A DNA stretch of 62,522 nucleotides, counting the filler, from Sphacelaria rigidula (taxonomy: Eukaryota), in the NCBI GenBank assembly GCA_964200075.2. It is 6 parts of 6 records of this genome, joined end to end, with 100 filler letters (N's around TTAATTAATTAA, not from the genome) between each part and the next. Parts side by side here need not be neighbours in the genome. Positions count along the whole stretch, not along the records: positions 10,440 to 20,778 come from CAXNAA020006696.1; positions 20,879 to 31,216 come from CAXNAA020006697.1; 4 more parts are not named here. The stretch is one strand, 5' to 3'. Both the position numbers and the translations under genes were made by a program. Position 1 is the first letter of the stretch; the number at the start of each line of letters is the position of its first letter. Under the pieces are notes generated by a model. That model was not told the DNA's origin. It ran no database searches and worked only from the letters and a program-made list of their open reading frames with translations. Positions 13,523 through 23,329 of this stretch are shown here, piece after piece.

Positions 13523-13741
13523 GTGGCCGCCTTCAAGTACTGCGAGCGGGTGGCGAAGAACTGGGAGGTGGCGATGGGCCTCCTTAACGAGCAGCCCCAC
13601 AAGCTGGAGGAGTACGTTCTCCTCAAATTCGAGATGCGCACGTTCGAAAAGAGGTTCGCGCGCGCCACATCTTCCGCGGAAAAGTTGGAACTGCAGGCAC
13701 AGTGGGAGACGTTTTGTGCCATGGAGCCCGTATATGAAAAG
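13523..13741 (+). CDS. Coiled-coil/PDZ-like/ankyrin gene, exon b
   Basis: CCACAG acceptor; 73 codons VAAFKYCERV...EPVYEK; likely GC donor AAG|GCAAGG. Confidence 0.75.
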
Positions 13742-14427
13742 GCAAGGCGGCGATAACGCGGACAGGGGTCGACGTGCGGTGTTTTGCTGGATGGCACACT
13801 CCGATCGATGGTAGAGTGGAGTACACAAAAATTCTGCACCCTTGCTTGTTATTTTTCTTCAGAGATCACACGGCATATCCCGATGGATTGTGGCAGAGCT
13901 TCGGACAAAAAAAGACCATCATCCATCACACAGTCATACAATTCGTTGTTCACACGCTTGCCCCCATTACTGGACACAATATTGTAGGTGTTCTTCGGCC
14001 AGCGGTTGGGGGTACATCTTTCGCGAGGTTTTGAAGAGACGACCGCATGTCCTGTGTGGCAATAGCTTCATGTGCCGCGGAAGAGCCACAGGGCTCGTAA
14101 AGGATTTTGAACAATGGGCACGTATACTGTAGCATACGTTCAGCGATATGATCGATATCGGATATGTGCGTGCTCGTGACAACTAACGCTTCATCTTCGT
14201 ATCCCCGGCTTAAAATCATGACCATTGTTTGGCATTCGGAACGGCACGTTTCGCAGCCGATGAAGTACGCTCCAATGCGTCACCCTCTTAGACGCGAATA
14301 GGATCTCCGGATGCATTTTCGTGTCCGATGGGTTGCTTCCGCGACCCGCAAAGGCTTCTCTTGTCACCAAACAATCACCACGGAGAACAAGAGATGATCC
14401 TTCACATAAATGTCCCTGCCCGCATAG

Positions 14428-14622
14428 GTTCTCGCCGCCAAGGAGCAATTTGAACTGGTGAGAGCAGATCGCGATGAGGCGCAGCAACGGCTCATGACAC
14501 ACGGGAAGCTCATGGCTCAGCTCAGGCACGAGGAGATCGAAGCGGCCGGCAGGATAACGGACGACCACGTACACGCATGCGATCAGGGCAAATCGCTCGG
14601 AGAAGTGTTCCCGAATATCCAG
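14428..14622 (+). CDS. Coiled-coil/PDZ-like/ankyrin gene, exon c
   Basis: CATAG acceptor; 65 codons VLAAKEQFELVRADRDEAQQR...FPNIQ; CAG|GTGAGT donor. Confidence 0.8.
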
Positions 14623-14857
14623 GTGAGTTCACGGTCCAAGCAGACATGAATAACAGTTTGCACGAGTGGCCAGATGACAAACCTATAAACGAATGCAATG
14701 GCTCTAGTTGAGGGAAAGTTGAGCAACGAGTTTCACAACCTCATTCTACGCTATATCGCACGTATCCTACCTCGAGGAAACCTGTGACCTCCTCGCCGGA
14801 CTGCTCATGGTCATTGCCCGGGTACACACTCAAAGATGCTGCATTGTCACTGCGTAG

Positions 14858-15013
14858 TACGCGGAGATTTGCGTGAGTGGCGTCATTGACGACCCGCAAT
14901 ATCCGCGACGGTATTCCTTCGGGCCGAAACGATGGTGGTGGGAAAACGTTGAAATGAAATTATCTCGTCCTGTGCAGATTGGTTGGCTTTTTTCGCGTCC
15001 GACGTCGCCTGGA
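14858..15013 (+). CDS. Coiled-coil/PDZ-like/ankyrin gene, probable exon d (3' boundary uncertain)
   Basis: CGTAG acceptor; open phase-0 frame YAEICVSGVIDDPQYPRR...IGWLFSRPTSPG; weak donor. Confidence 0.45.
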
Positions 15014-15141
15014 GTTGTACATACGCACTTCCTATGCTTACACTACTTTTGGTCGTATCTTACCACTTTCATGCTTGTTCAATGACACACGTGCAAATTC
15101 CCTCTCTGAATGCTGCTCCACCAAACTCTTTCCCCTACAAG

Positions 15142-15210
15142 ACGGGGTACATCATCACGAAACTGTTCGGGTTCGTAAATCTGCTGCTGGAGGACTTGCC
15201 CTTCGCAGAG
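15142..15210 (+). CDS. Coiled-coil/PDZ-like/ankyrin gene, exon e
   Basis: Pyrimidine tract + AAG acceptor; TGYIITKLFGFVNLLLEDLPFAE; GAG|GTTAGT donor. Confidence 0.7.
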
Positions 15211-15637
15211 GTTAGTTTTTGTTGTTGTTGGTTGTTTGACTACCGCCTTGTGAGTGCCCGGCATAGCATGTGGTAACCACATACAGACGACTTTTCTCGT
15301 GGCATTTCGCAGTCGGTAGGCAAGAGGAAACCGAAGCAATACCAACAGGCGAAGAGGTGTCACACATGCAGAGTCTGCCCCCCGGATTTCTGTTCATGGC
15401 GGCAGATGGTTCAATTGTCATTGTGTTCCCCGGGTCTTGACAGCAGCGCACGAGCAACCGCGCTCTCTCCTTCCACCCGGTGGTCATCGAAGCTCTGTGC
15501 TGTTGTCTGCTGGCGATGGGGCCGTAGTCACCGAACATCAGCAAAGCGGCTCACCCTAACGGTCCGTACCATCAATTGGATATACTCGAAGCAGTACAAA
15601 CCTCCGCCGCATGTACCTGTCGTAAATATCGTCGTAG

Positions 15638-15784
15638 ATTTTGGAGGAGTTTCGCGTGGCTCCTCGGCCACATACACTAGAGTTTATGCGGTACGACTTC
15701 AGGTTCAATCGCCTCACCCTTCAGTGGGAAACTCTGGAGGATGTCCGGAGGCAGGGAAAGTACGTGCGGGACGCCAGAGAAGAG
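15638..15784 (+). CDS. Coiled-coil/PDZ-like/ankyrin gene, exon f
   Basis: CGTAG acceptor; ILEEFRVAPRPHTLEF...VRDAREE; GAG|GTGCGA donor; with exon e it resembles a PDZ C-terminal half. Confidence 0.75.
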
Positions 15785-16331
15785 GTGCGAGCCCTTGGGG
15801 CTTGCCCCCCGCAGATATATATATATATATATATATCGGCACGCTACACGATAAAGGATACACGTGAAATATGTTTCAAGACAGATAATCGATTTCGAGT
15901 GTTCTATTGCTACCCGGCACAGTGACTCTCGTACGCTCGTACCGGGGGTCGCCGTGATATTTCGATATCATGCCGATACTATCTTCACGGTACCCCTTGA
16001 ATTGCTGACGACAAACACACGGTCCTTTTTCACTGTGTGATCCCCCTGTCTAGGTTATGCTTAGGTAACGATAAGCCGTGGCTCCAGGTCGCAGATATTG
16101 TTGTTTAATATCTGACTGAATATAATTGTTGTATTCCCGGCGTAAGCTCTACGTTGCGGGAGAAGTGTAGCTCGTGCTGCATCATCGTCCATGACTGCAG
16201 AAACAGCAAGCGAATGCGAGAAACTCCGATCCCATCGTCTTTGATGGTCCCTTCTCTGCGGTCAGCTTCCGCCGCCGTGGCGTTCTTTGAACCTCTCGTC
16301 CAACCGCCGTTGGCTTTCGTTTTCTCGACAG

Positions 16332-16526
16332 CGTCTATATTTCGTGCAGGCGTGCAGCCAGGGAAACCTGGACCGGTTGCAGACTAGGATAGACCACGGA
16401 GAAGACGTAGAGTCCACAGACCTGCAAGGGAGTACCGGTATGCATGTTGCTGCGGCGGAGTCGATGGTGCACGTAATGTCTTTCTTGCTGGAAAACGGGG
16501 CTGATAAGGAAGCAAGGAACAAGAAT
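16332..16526 (+). CDS. Coiled-coil/PDZ-like/ankyrin gene, exon g (about two ankyrin repeats)
   Basis: RLYFVQACSQGNL...GSTGMHVAAA...LLENGADKEARNKN; TTTTCTCGACAG acceptor; likely GC donor AAT|GCGAGT. Confidence 0.85.
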
Positions 16527-16596
16527 GCGAGTGCCGTCGCAATATCTGCACTCGGGATTGATTCGTTCTTTCGCCCCCCCTCCCCCCAAAATCCGT

Positions 16597-16690
16597 GCTC
16601 CGTCTCGAAAGAGATGCGTAATCAATGGTCAAACGACTAAGGCAAGCAACAAATGAGTACGCCCCCCCCCATTCCCCCCCCCCCCCCCCC
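16597..16690 (+). mobile_element. Minimal LINE L-A 3'-end insertion with poly(C) tail, intronic
   Basis: GCTCCGTCTCGAAAGAGATGCG...AAATGAGTACG(C)n; flanked by duplicated CCCCCCAAA(A)TCCGTG. Confidence 0.85.
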
Positions 16691-17357
16691 AAATCCGTGG
16701 GTCTGTTTATCAAATTGTCGCCAAACGTGGATGGAATGAGGTGTAAGTTGAGGCTGAATGCTTGTGCGAAGGCAGCGAAATTCCGATTTTTTTGCACGTG
16801 TCTGATGGGACCTCCGCCTGGTTTACTCCCGAACTCAGCCTAGCCCTGACTGTAGGCTTCGGAAAGATATGTATCGTCTCCAATGAGCAACATCGTTTGT
16901 CGAAGTTAGGGAATACTGTCGTGGACTCAAGCGTGTGTCCATCCTGTCGGTTGCACCGGGAATAAACGGTCACACAGGCATTTTGGATAGACGTAGCACG
17001 GATAAATAATTAGGTCCTTTCCTGCGTGTCTATATTGAGATCTCTTCTCCACAACAGAGACATCATGGGAACCACGGGGAACATTAACATATGCGATTCC
17101 ATCTATCATGTTCAGCATGAGTCTCTACAGCTTGCCAAGTCAAACCGCATGGCCTAGACGCCTTTTTCTCGAACCACTGCAAACCAGCGTATTGAACCAG
17201 AAGACGACGCGTGCTCTGCTGTTTTTCACCCGACCTTACAAAGAGCGTCGACAAATCCTGTTGTCGCACGGTCGATCAAAGATACGCTCTGTGTAGAAAC
17301 AATCAGGAGACAAAGTTGGTGTCAAATGTCATATCCTCGTTGGTCGCGCCGCACCAG

Positions 17358-17456
17358 ATGGAGACACCCTTACTGGTAGCTGCAAGGAGGGGGGCTACAA
17401 CATCTGTACGCTGGCTGCTTTCGATCGGAGCTAAGCTTGAGGTGCTGGATCTAGCG
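17358..17456 (+). CDS. Coiled-coil/PDZ-like/ankyrin gene, exon h (one ankyrin repeat, 99 nt)
   Basis: CCAG acceptor; METPLLVAARRGATTSVRWLLSIGAKLEVLDLA; GTAAGC donor. Confidence 0.9.
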
Positions 17457-17796
17457 GTAAGCGTCTATAAACCTCGGCAGATGAGTATAATACGGCGAAT
17501 GTTTCCAAAGACCCACCACTCGAGGCTGGTGGAAAAGTTGGCAATGCTGTGGTAATGTTGGCAATGCTCATACAGAGACTCTGTTCACGACGTCAACCCC
17601 ACTTCAATCAACCAAAATGTGTAAACAGCAGAGTACTAGTAGGACGTACGCCGAAGTGTCTGTTCCGTTACGTGTCATGTAAATTAGGCTTGTGGCATGC
17701 ACTCGTGTCTTCCCGGATGATCTTGCTCATGCTTCAGCTTGTTTCGGTTCTCGCGTTCCACGACTTTTCACGACGGCGTCACGCTCTTTTCACCAG

Positions 17797-17994
17797 AGGC
17801 GTACGCCGCTGATGAATGCTATTCTGTCCAAGAGCGATGGGATGTCATCGGAATGTATGGAGCACTCTGTATCGTTTCTCGCGGTGGATATCCAGTGGGG
17901 CTGGACGGCACTCCACTGTGCTGCAAATGTCGGCATGGTGAAGGTTGCTGAGGAGCTTCTGAAGAAACGCGCTTCGCCTTACGTCAAAAGTTTG
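17797..17994 (+). CDS. Coiled-coil/PDZ-like/ankyrin gene, exon i (two ankyrin repeats, 198 nt)
   Basis: TTTTCACCAG acceptor; RRTPLMNAIL...WGWTALHCAANVGMVKVAEELLKKRASPYVKSL; GTGCGT donor; downstream exon not identified. Confidence 0.88.
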
Positions 17995-18169
17995 GTGCGT
18001 TTTGAGGAACTCTCACTCAAGGGGCGCAGTGAAGCTGACCACCGGTCAGTGTCATTTTTCTTTCAGTCCTCACCCGCCTTACTGTACCACATAGTAGTGC
18101 CGCGTTTGCGACAATTGCTTCACTTTTGCATGTTTTTTGTTACCGGGAATGTCTAGAGCATCACTCCTG

Positions 18170-18390
18170 GGCAAGCAGTTCCCTAGAAGTAGCTCTGGGA
18201 TATCTACCACGATCGTTGCAGGACGCATTGAGGATTCGACTCCCCTGTTTCGTTATGATGTTCTCCAGAAAAATAGCTCCCCATTTGTTCGCAAAGTGTT
18301 TCTACATCTGAGCTCATCTATGGTCAACACACTCTTCTTCGGAGCAAACGATAATAGCACGCGATTTTTTGTCACTGCTTGGATACTATA
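18170..18390 (-). mobile_element. Highly decayed LINE ORF2 fragment
   Basis: Minus strand reads KSRAIIVCSEEE and KWGAIF, similar to NKCAAIVCNED of the LINE RT at ~23380. Confidence 0.35.
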
Positions 18391-19022
18391 GAGCCTGGGT
18401 TTCTCCTATCTGTTGATAGGGTGCCCCAAAAATCTCTTGTTAAAACACATTTAATATTTTTGTCGGCTTCCAGTTAATCGTGCGCTTTTGTACGCCCATG
18501 TTGAGATAACGATCCGGTACGGATGTGCAGCGATGTAAGTCGGAACCCGCATCCGAATGAACACACTCGTGTGTTTTCATTATTCGGAGAGTGAGCGTCT
18601 GATTTCGAGCGTGGAAATAGTCCCCCTCGCCCGAAATCAGCGTTCCTCTGTGTCAAGCCGAAACATGGTAGCTTCATCTGGTTTTCGGCAATTTATTAAG
18701 CAGGAAGCTTCGCTCACAATTCCTCGTTTGTTTGCCGCGGGATGCGAACAATACTACCCTCTCTGAAAGGTTCGGAACCCTGATCTTTAAACAACAACAC
18801 CTTCCGACCACCGAATACGCCGTATTTATCGATAAACCTGAATGACACGTTTCCTACACAGCAAACGGTGATTGGCATGGTTACCTACTGTTTGAGCGAA
18901 AACTGAGGGACTGAAAGCACATCGTGCGAGAGGGTCTTCTTCGATGACGTGATAGACTCGAATTAATTGGTTTTCGTGCATTCACTGACCCTCAACGAAC
19001 TCAACCATGGTCACAACTCTTA

Positions 19023-19023
19023 C

Positions 19024-19087
<64 letters not shown>

Positions 19088-19466
19088 GCAATAATAATAA
19101 TAGTAATCATAATGATCATAATAATCATGATCATAATAATCATAATAATCATAATAATCATAATAATAATAGTAATGATAACAACAATAATAATAGTGAT
19201 GATGATGATGATGATGATGATGATAATGATAATGATGGTAATAATAATAGTAATAATATTTGCCATTATCATTATCGTCATTATTGTTATTACTATCATT
19301 ATCATCAATATTATTATTCTTATTATTATCACTATCATCATCATTATTTTTATTATTAGTAGTATCATTATCATCATTCTTCTTCTTCTTCGTCTTCTTC
19401 TTCGTCTTCTTCTTCTTAGTATTATTTTTATTATTAGTAGTATTATTAATATTATTAGTAGTATTA
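19023..19466. repeat. Compound trinucleotide microsatellite (AAT/CAT/GAT then ATT/ATC/CTT)
   Basis: Directly visible; source of the spurious poly-N/I/Y/H ORFs. Confidence 0.97.
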
Positions 19467-20564
19467 CGAGCTGGGCCGGCCATGAACCCAGCATCCTCTG
19501 TCGTCACCACAACTCTTCAAGTTTCCCAATTCAGCACGACCTGAGCATATCGCTGTGAAGTGCAGACTAACCTGGTAACATACGCACCGCCGCTGCTCGA
19601 TTGGTGCACTTTTGACGATGATGTTATTGTACGACATTGAGTGACGAGTACGTCCCAATGCTCCGTACGATAGCGTGTCTGGAGACTCGCGTTTCACAAA
19701 ATGCGGTGGAATTACGATAGTAAATTCCGCCGCACAGGCACGCGAACACCCGATATGTGCAGGCGAAAGCAGTCGAGGAGTTCTGCAACCTCTACAACAC
19801 AACTCGATGTCGCTGTCCAACAGCAGAAAACCTGCGCGACCACTCCCGAAAGGCAGGTTCAACAGAGCGATGAAAGCGGCAGTCGTGTTGAAACGATTGT
19901 ACAGTGTTCTCCCGAAATCACAGCAGTTACGTTTGCCGAGCGAAATCGCACCTGTCTCCGCCCCGTTTCATGCTCCTACAAAAGACAATGGCCACACTCT
20001 GCGATAAGAGGTTGTTGGTCGTGCTTGACATGAGAACTGGTCGAAGCAAAAGCGCCATGCAGCTCCTACAGCCCGTGCACGGCTGTATCGTAGGACGCGG
20101 GTACCGCAACTGATGATACGGGCATGGCATCACGCATGTGGTCATGCCAGTTGAAAAAAAAACAGAAGTGGTCATGCCGGGATTCGAACTCATGACCTGT
20201 GTGTTTTGAGGCTGTTATATCAGTTTGATCACCGGGGTCACACAAAAAGTGCGACGCGAACCCCAATTTTACGTATTTTTGGCTGAAACTTTACAAGGAT
20301 GTGGGTGATGCGAGTGCTCGCATGTACCCCAGCGTTGTCATCGTTGAAAATATTTTTTGAGGAAGTTAGAGCATTTTCCCTGATTTTGCTGAAACTTCAA
20401 CTCGCTCTAACTTCTTGTTGTTTGTCTTTTTTTTCTGCACCACTGGCAGTGTTGCGCGGATTGATGATGAAAATTTTGTGTCAAAATTTCAGCGCCTAAC
20501 TCTTCGATTTGCCAAACGCATCTCCACTCTTCGTTTGAAAATCACTGATTGTCGGCCCAGCTCG
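19467..20564. mobile_element. Non-autonomous TA-flanked TIR element (Tc1/mariner-like)
   Basis: TA|CGAGCTGGGCCGGC ... GTCGGCCCAGCTCG|TA; same TIR core at 43372-44511. Confidence 0.75.
20168..20240 (-). other. tRNA-like / Pol III B-box relic
   Basis: Minus strand AGGTCATGAGTTCGAATCCCGGCATGACCA followed by a T-run; no intact cloverleaf; similar B-box at 28771-28791 (+). Confidence 0.35.
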
Positions 20565-20715
20565 TATTATTGTGATTATTATGATGATGATGATTATTAT
20601 GATAATAATGATCATTATTATGATTATGATTATTATTATGATTATTATTATGATTAATATGATTAATATGATTATCATGATTATCATGCTTATTATGATT
20701 ATCAATATTATTAAT
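20565..20715. repeat. (ATT/ATG)n microsatellite, continuation of 19023-19466
   Basis: Directly visible. Confidence 0.95.
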
Positions 20716-20778
20716 AGCCAAAATGATGTCCCGCTCGATACTGGGATCAAGTGACCAAAATGATCCCCCGCTCCAATA

Positions 20779-20878
20779 NNNNNNNNNNNNNNNNNNNNNN
20801 NNNNNNNNNNNNNNNNNNNNNNTTAATTAATTAANNNNNNNNNNNNNNNNNNNNNNNNNNNNNNNNNNNNNNNNNNNN
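20779..20878. other. Artificial scaffold-joining spacer 2
   Basis: N44-TTAATTAATTAA-N44. Confidence 0.98.
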
Positions 20879-20909
20879 AAAGATCCGGATTTCGGTGTTC
20901 ACACTTCAA

Positions 20910-21007
20910 CCTTAGACTGCGAGGTTAGTCTTCTGTTGAATCGGCATCAATTTCAAGTGAAAAAAAAGTATGCATGATCCAGAAAGACTAATCTCGCGGT
21001 CCAAGGG
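20910..21007. mobile_element. ~100-bp piggyBac-like mini element
   Basis: TCAA|CCTTAGACTGCGAGGTTAGTC ... GACTAATCTCGCGGTCCAAGGG|TTAA; partial second copy at 46457-46533 starting TTAA|CCCT. Confidence 0.7.
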
Positions 21008-21504
21008 TTAAATTTAATACTGCACCTGTCCACAAACCGGAAATTTCCGAGAACTATCTGTCAACTACCAAGTGGTGAAGTCTACTGCAACCTGCACGCA
21101 CCCACCTGGCGTGTCTTCCCCGATCACAGCACCCGACTATCACGTAAGTACCATAGAAGACTCAACAGACAGCTGTAACAGCCGTCACGTGGCGATTTTT
21201 TCAACCTTTGTTTCGACAGCACCTTGATCCGACCCCAACTCTGTGCAGCCCGAAACACGGCATGCAGCAATACAACTGCTCAGGCACTCTCCAGTGCACG
21301 TCGCACCGTGATCGTCGTCGAGTTTTTAGATGCCCAACAGCAGAGATATGATGGGTTTGGGGACCGCCTTGTTCCTTTGACTCGAGACGGAACAGTCAAC
21401 ACACCGTGAACGTTTCAACGGTGTGCCGAGAACACTGCGTGCCGAAAACATTATTTTCAGAGAAACGAACGGAATGACAATATATAGCAACTCAGGCACT
21501 CCCA

Positions 21505-21712
21505 GAGGAGATCAAACCGTCTACACAAGGCCTGAAGACGCCACAGCGCAGCGACAGCTACAGCACACAAGACAGAGCATGAGTGTGTTTGTGCGGCAGC
21601 ACAGTGACACAGGACATGTGCCATTCGATAGTTCTTTCCCTGACTTCGGGTGGGTCCTCGATTTTTGCCCGGTGGCGATTTTCAAACGCTCGGCCATAAT
21701 CGCGCTTCGCGC
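21505..21712 (+). repeat. Dispersed repeat, copy 1 (unclassified)
   Basis: Colinear with 32013-32220 (GGAGATCAAA, AGCTACAGCACA, GAGTGTGTTTGTGC, TTCGCGC). Confidence 0.65.
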
Positions 21713-23329
21713 GCAGACATTTTATTCCACTTTGAGTTACCCTCTTCTCTAGGAGGTGAGCCAAATTTTGAGCACCTACAACAGCAGTCATGTGACGCGT
21801 GAGAATATGCACATTTAATGTGGAATGCACAGCACCTGCTGTACAGGATACTATATGCACAGGCACACTTCATGATATCCATCCAAGCTGACAGAGAGAA
21901 ATGGTTGAGGATGCGGAAGCTGTAGCTCTCAACCGTGCGTATGCTGTTGTTTTTGTACAGAGGAGAGGGTTATGATTTGTTGCAGAGAACTGTGCGAGTT
22001 GAAACCTGTAACGTGAGGGAACCATGTACAGTATTCAAATACAAAGTTGACCTCCAATAAGTACGAGTACGACCATACTGTAGCGCCGTGCACGTAACGA
22101 GCATGAACCGCACAGCGCACGCAGGGTACTCGCCAGACGCTTTAGCTCTCCTCGTTGCCAACGCATGAAATGTAGCTCATGCGAAAACACTCGGTGGTTC
22201 ATGCGCAACGCAACCGCACATTGGCAGGTGGTGAGCTAAACAGGGCAGATCAACAGCCTGCATGGGGCACACGACAGAAACAAGACACATCCTTCATTCT
22301 CACCTAGGCGCCACGAAGGCCTGGGCACCAGCGGCGCATGCGACAGCCATCACAGCGGACTTCATCTTGATCGGGTAGAATTAGTGGAATAAAGTATCAA
22401 GTAGCTCGTGTGGTAGATACGAGACGGAGTGAGCTGCGTGAGGTGGGAGAGTCGGCTTTGGCGTGTGTTATTTTTATGTTGTGTGATGTTGAGTTGAGGG
22501 AAAATCTTGACCCCGCCTGTTGGACAGGTGACACATGACACATATGATGTAACCACCACCCCCCGAACGTGACCATGACGTACCTGTACGCCGTACGCGG
22601 ATGTTCTAGTGCCGATTCGATTGAATATGCGGGGGAATAATGAACATTGTGCTCCTTGTGCAAGGCTGCTGTGCCGGGGCGTGGGGGGCTCTGCCCAGGT
22701 CTCCGCGACTTGTCTAATCAATGCATAGGAGTACATCCACCCACCACGTACGATTGGAATCGAGTTCCAAGTGATGGCGATCGTCTTGTGGTAAAAAGAA
22801 GCGTTATTCATATGACACACATTCTGTGACAAAACATGTCCACGGCTTCCGGTACTATCCGCACGAAATAAGTAGTGCGACATGGTCGATCCCACAATAT
22901 AGCCCTGCGCGTAATATACGCCATCTTGGATCGCAGCAATTCACGCGAAGGTGGCAGCAAAGTTGTCGATGTTGGCGTTAGCCGTGGTAGATGACTCCAC
23001 GTGGCGTAAGAAACAGATAAAATGACATTATATATCGAGGACGATATCATGCGAACTTTTTGGGAGCGACCTGTGTTCCAGTGAAAAGGATAATCAGTAG
23101 AGTTTATGATATAGGACTACAGTAATGACACAACAGCACTGAGGCAGTTATGTTTCATGTTTTGACCATCACATGCGGTGGAATTTTTCGCCTTAGTTGG
23201 CGTCTGTAGTCTTTAGGAGCCACGTACGTCCTCTTTGGGTGGTCGGATGTGGGTAGCCGGGGTGCTCATGCCCACCCCCATCAATCTCTTCCATTTGCTT
23301 TGCCTGGCTATAAATAACACTCTTCTACA

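Noticed and set aside
18967..19558. Poly-N/I/Y/H proteins in the ORF track (also 20415-20754, 42577-42804)
   Set aside because: Translations of trinucleotide microsatellites.
20168..20240. Functional tRNA gene
   Set aside because: Only the T-arm/B-box and a CCA-like end are present; acceptor and anticodon stems do not pair.
22345..23130. Solo LTR
   Set aside because: It has an LTR-like feel, but there is no second copy, TSD, PBS or PPT that I can verify.
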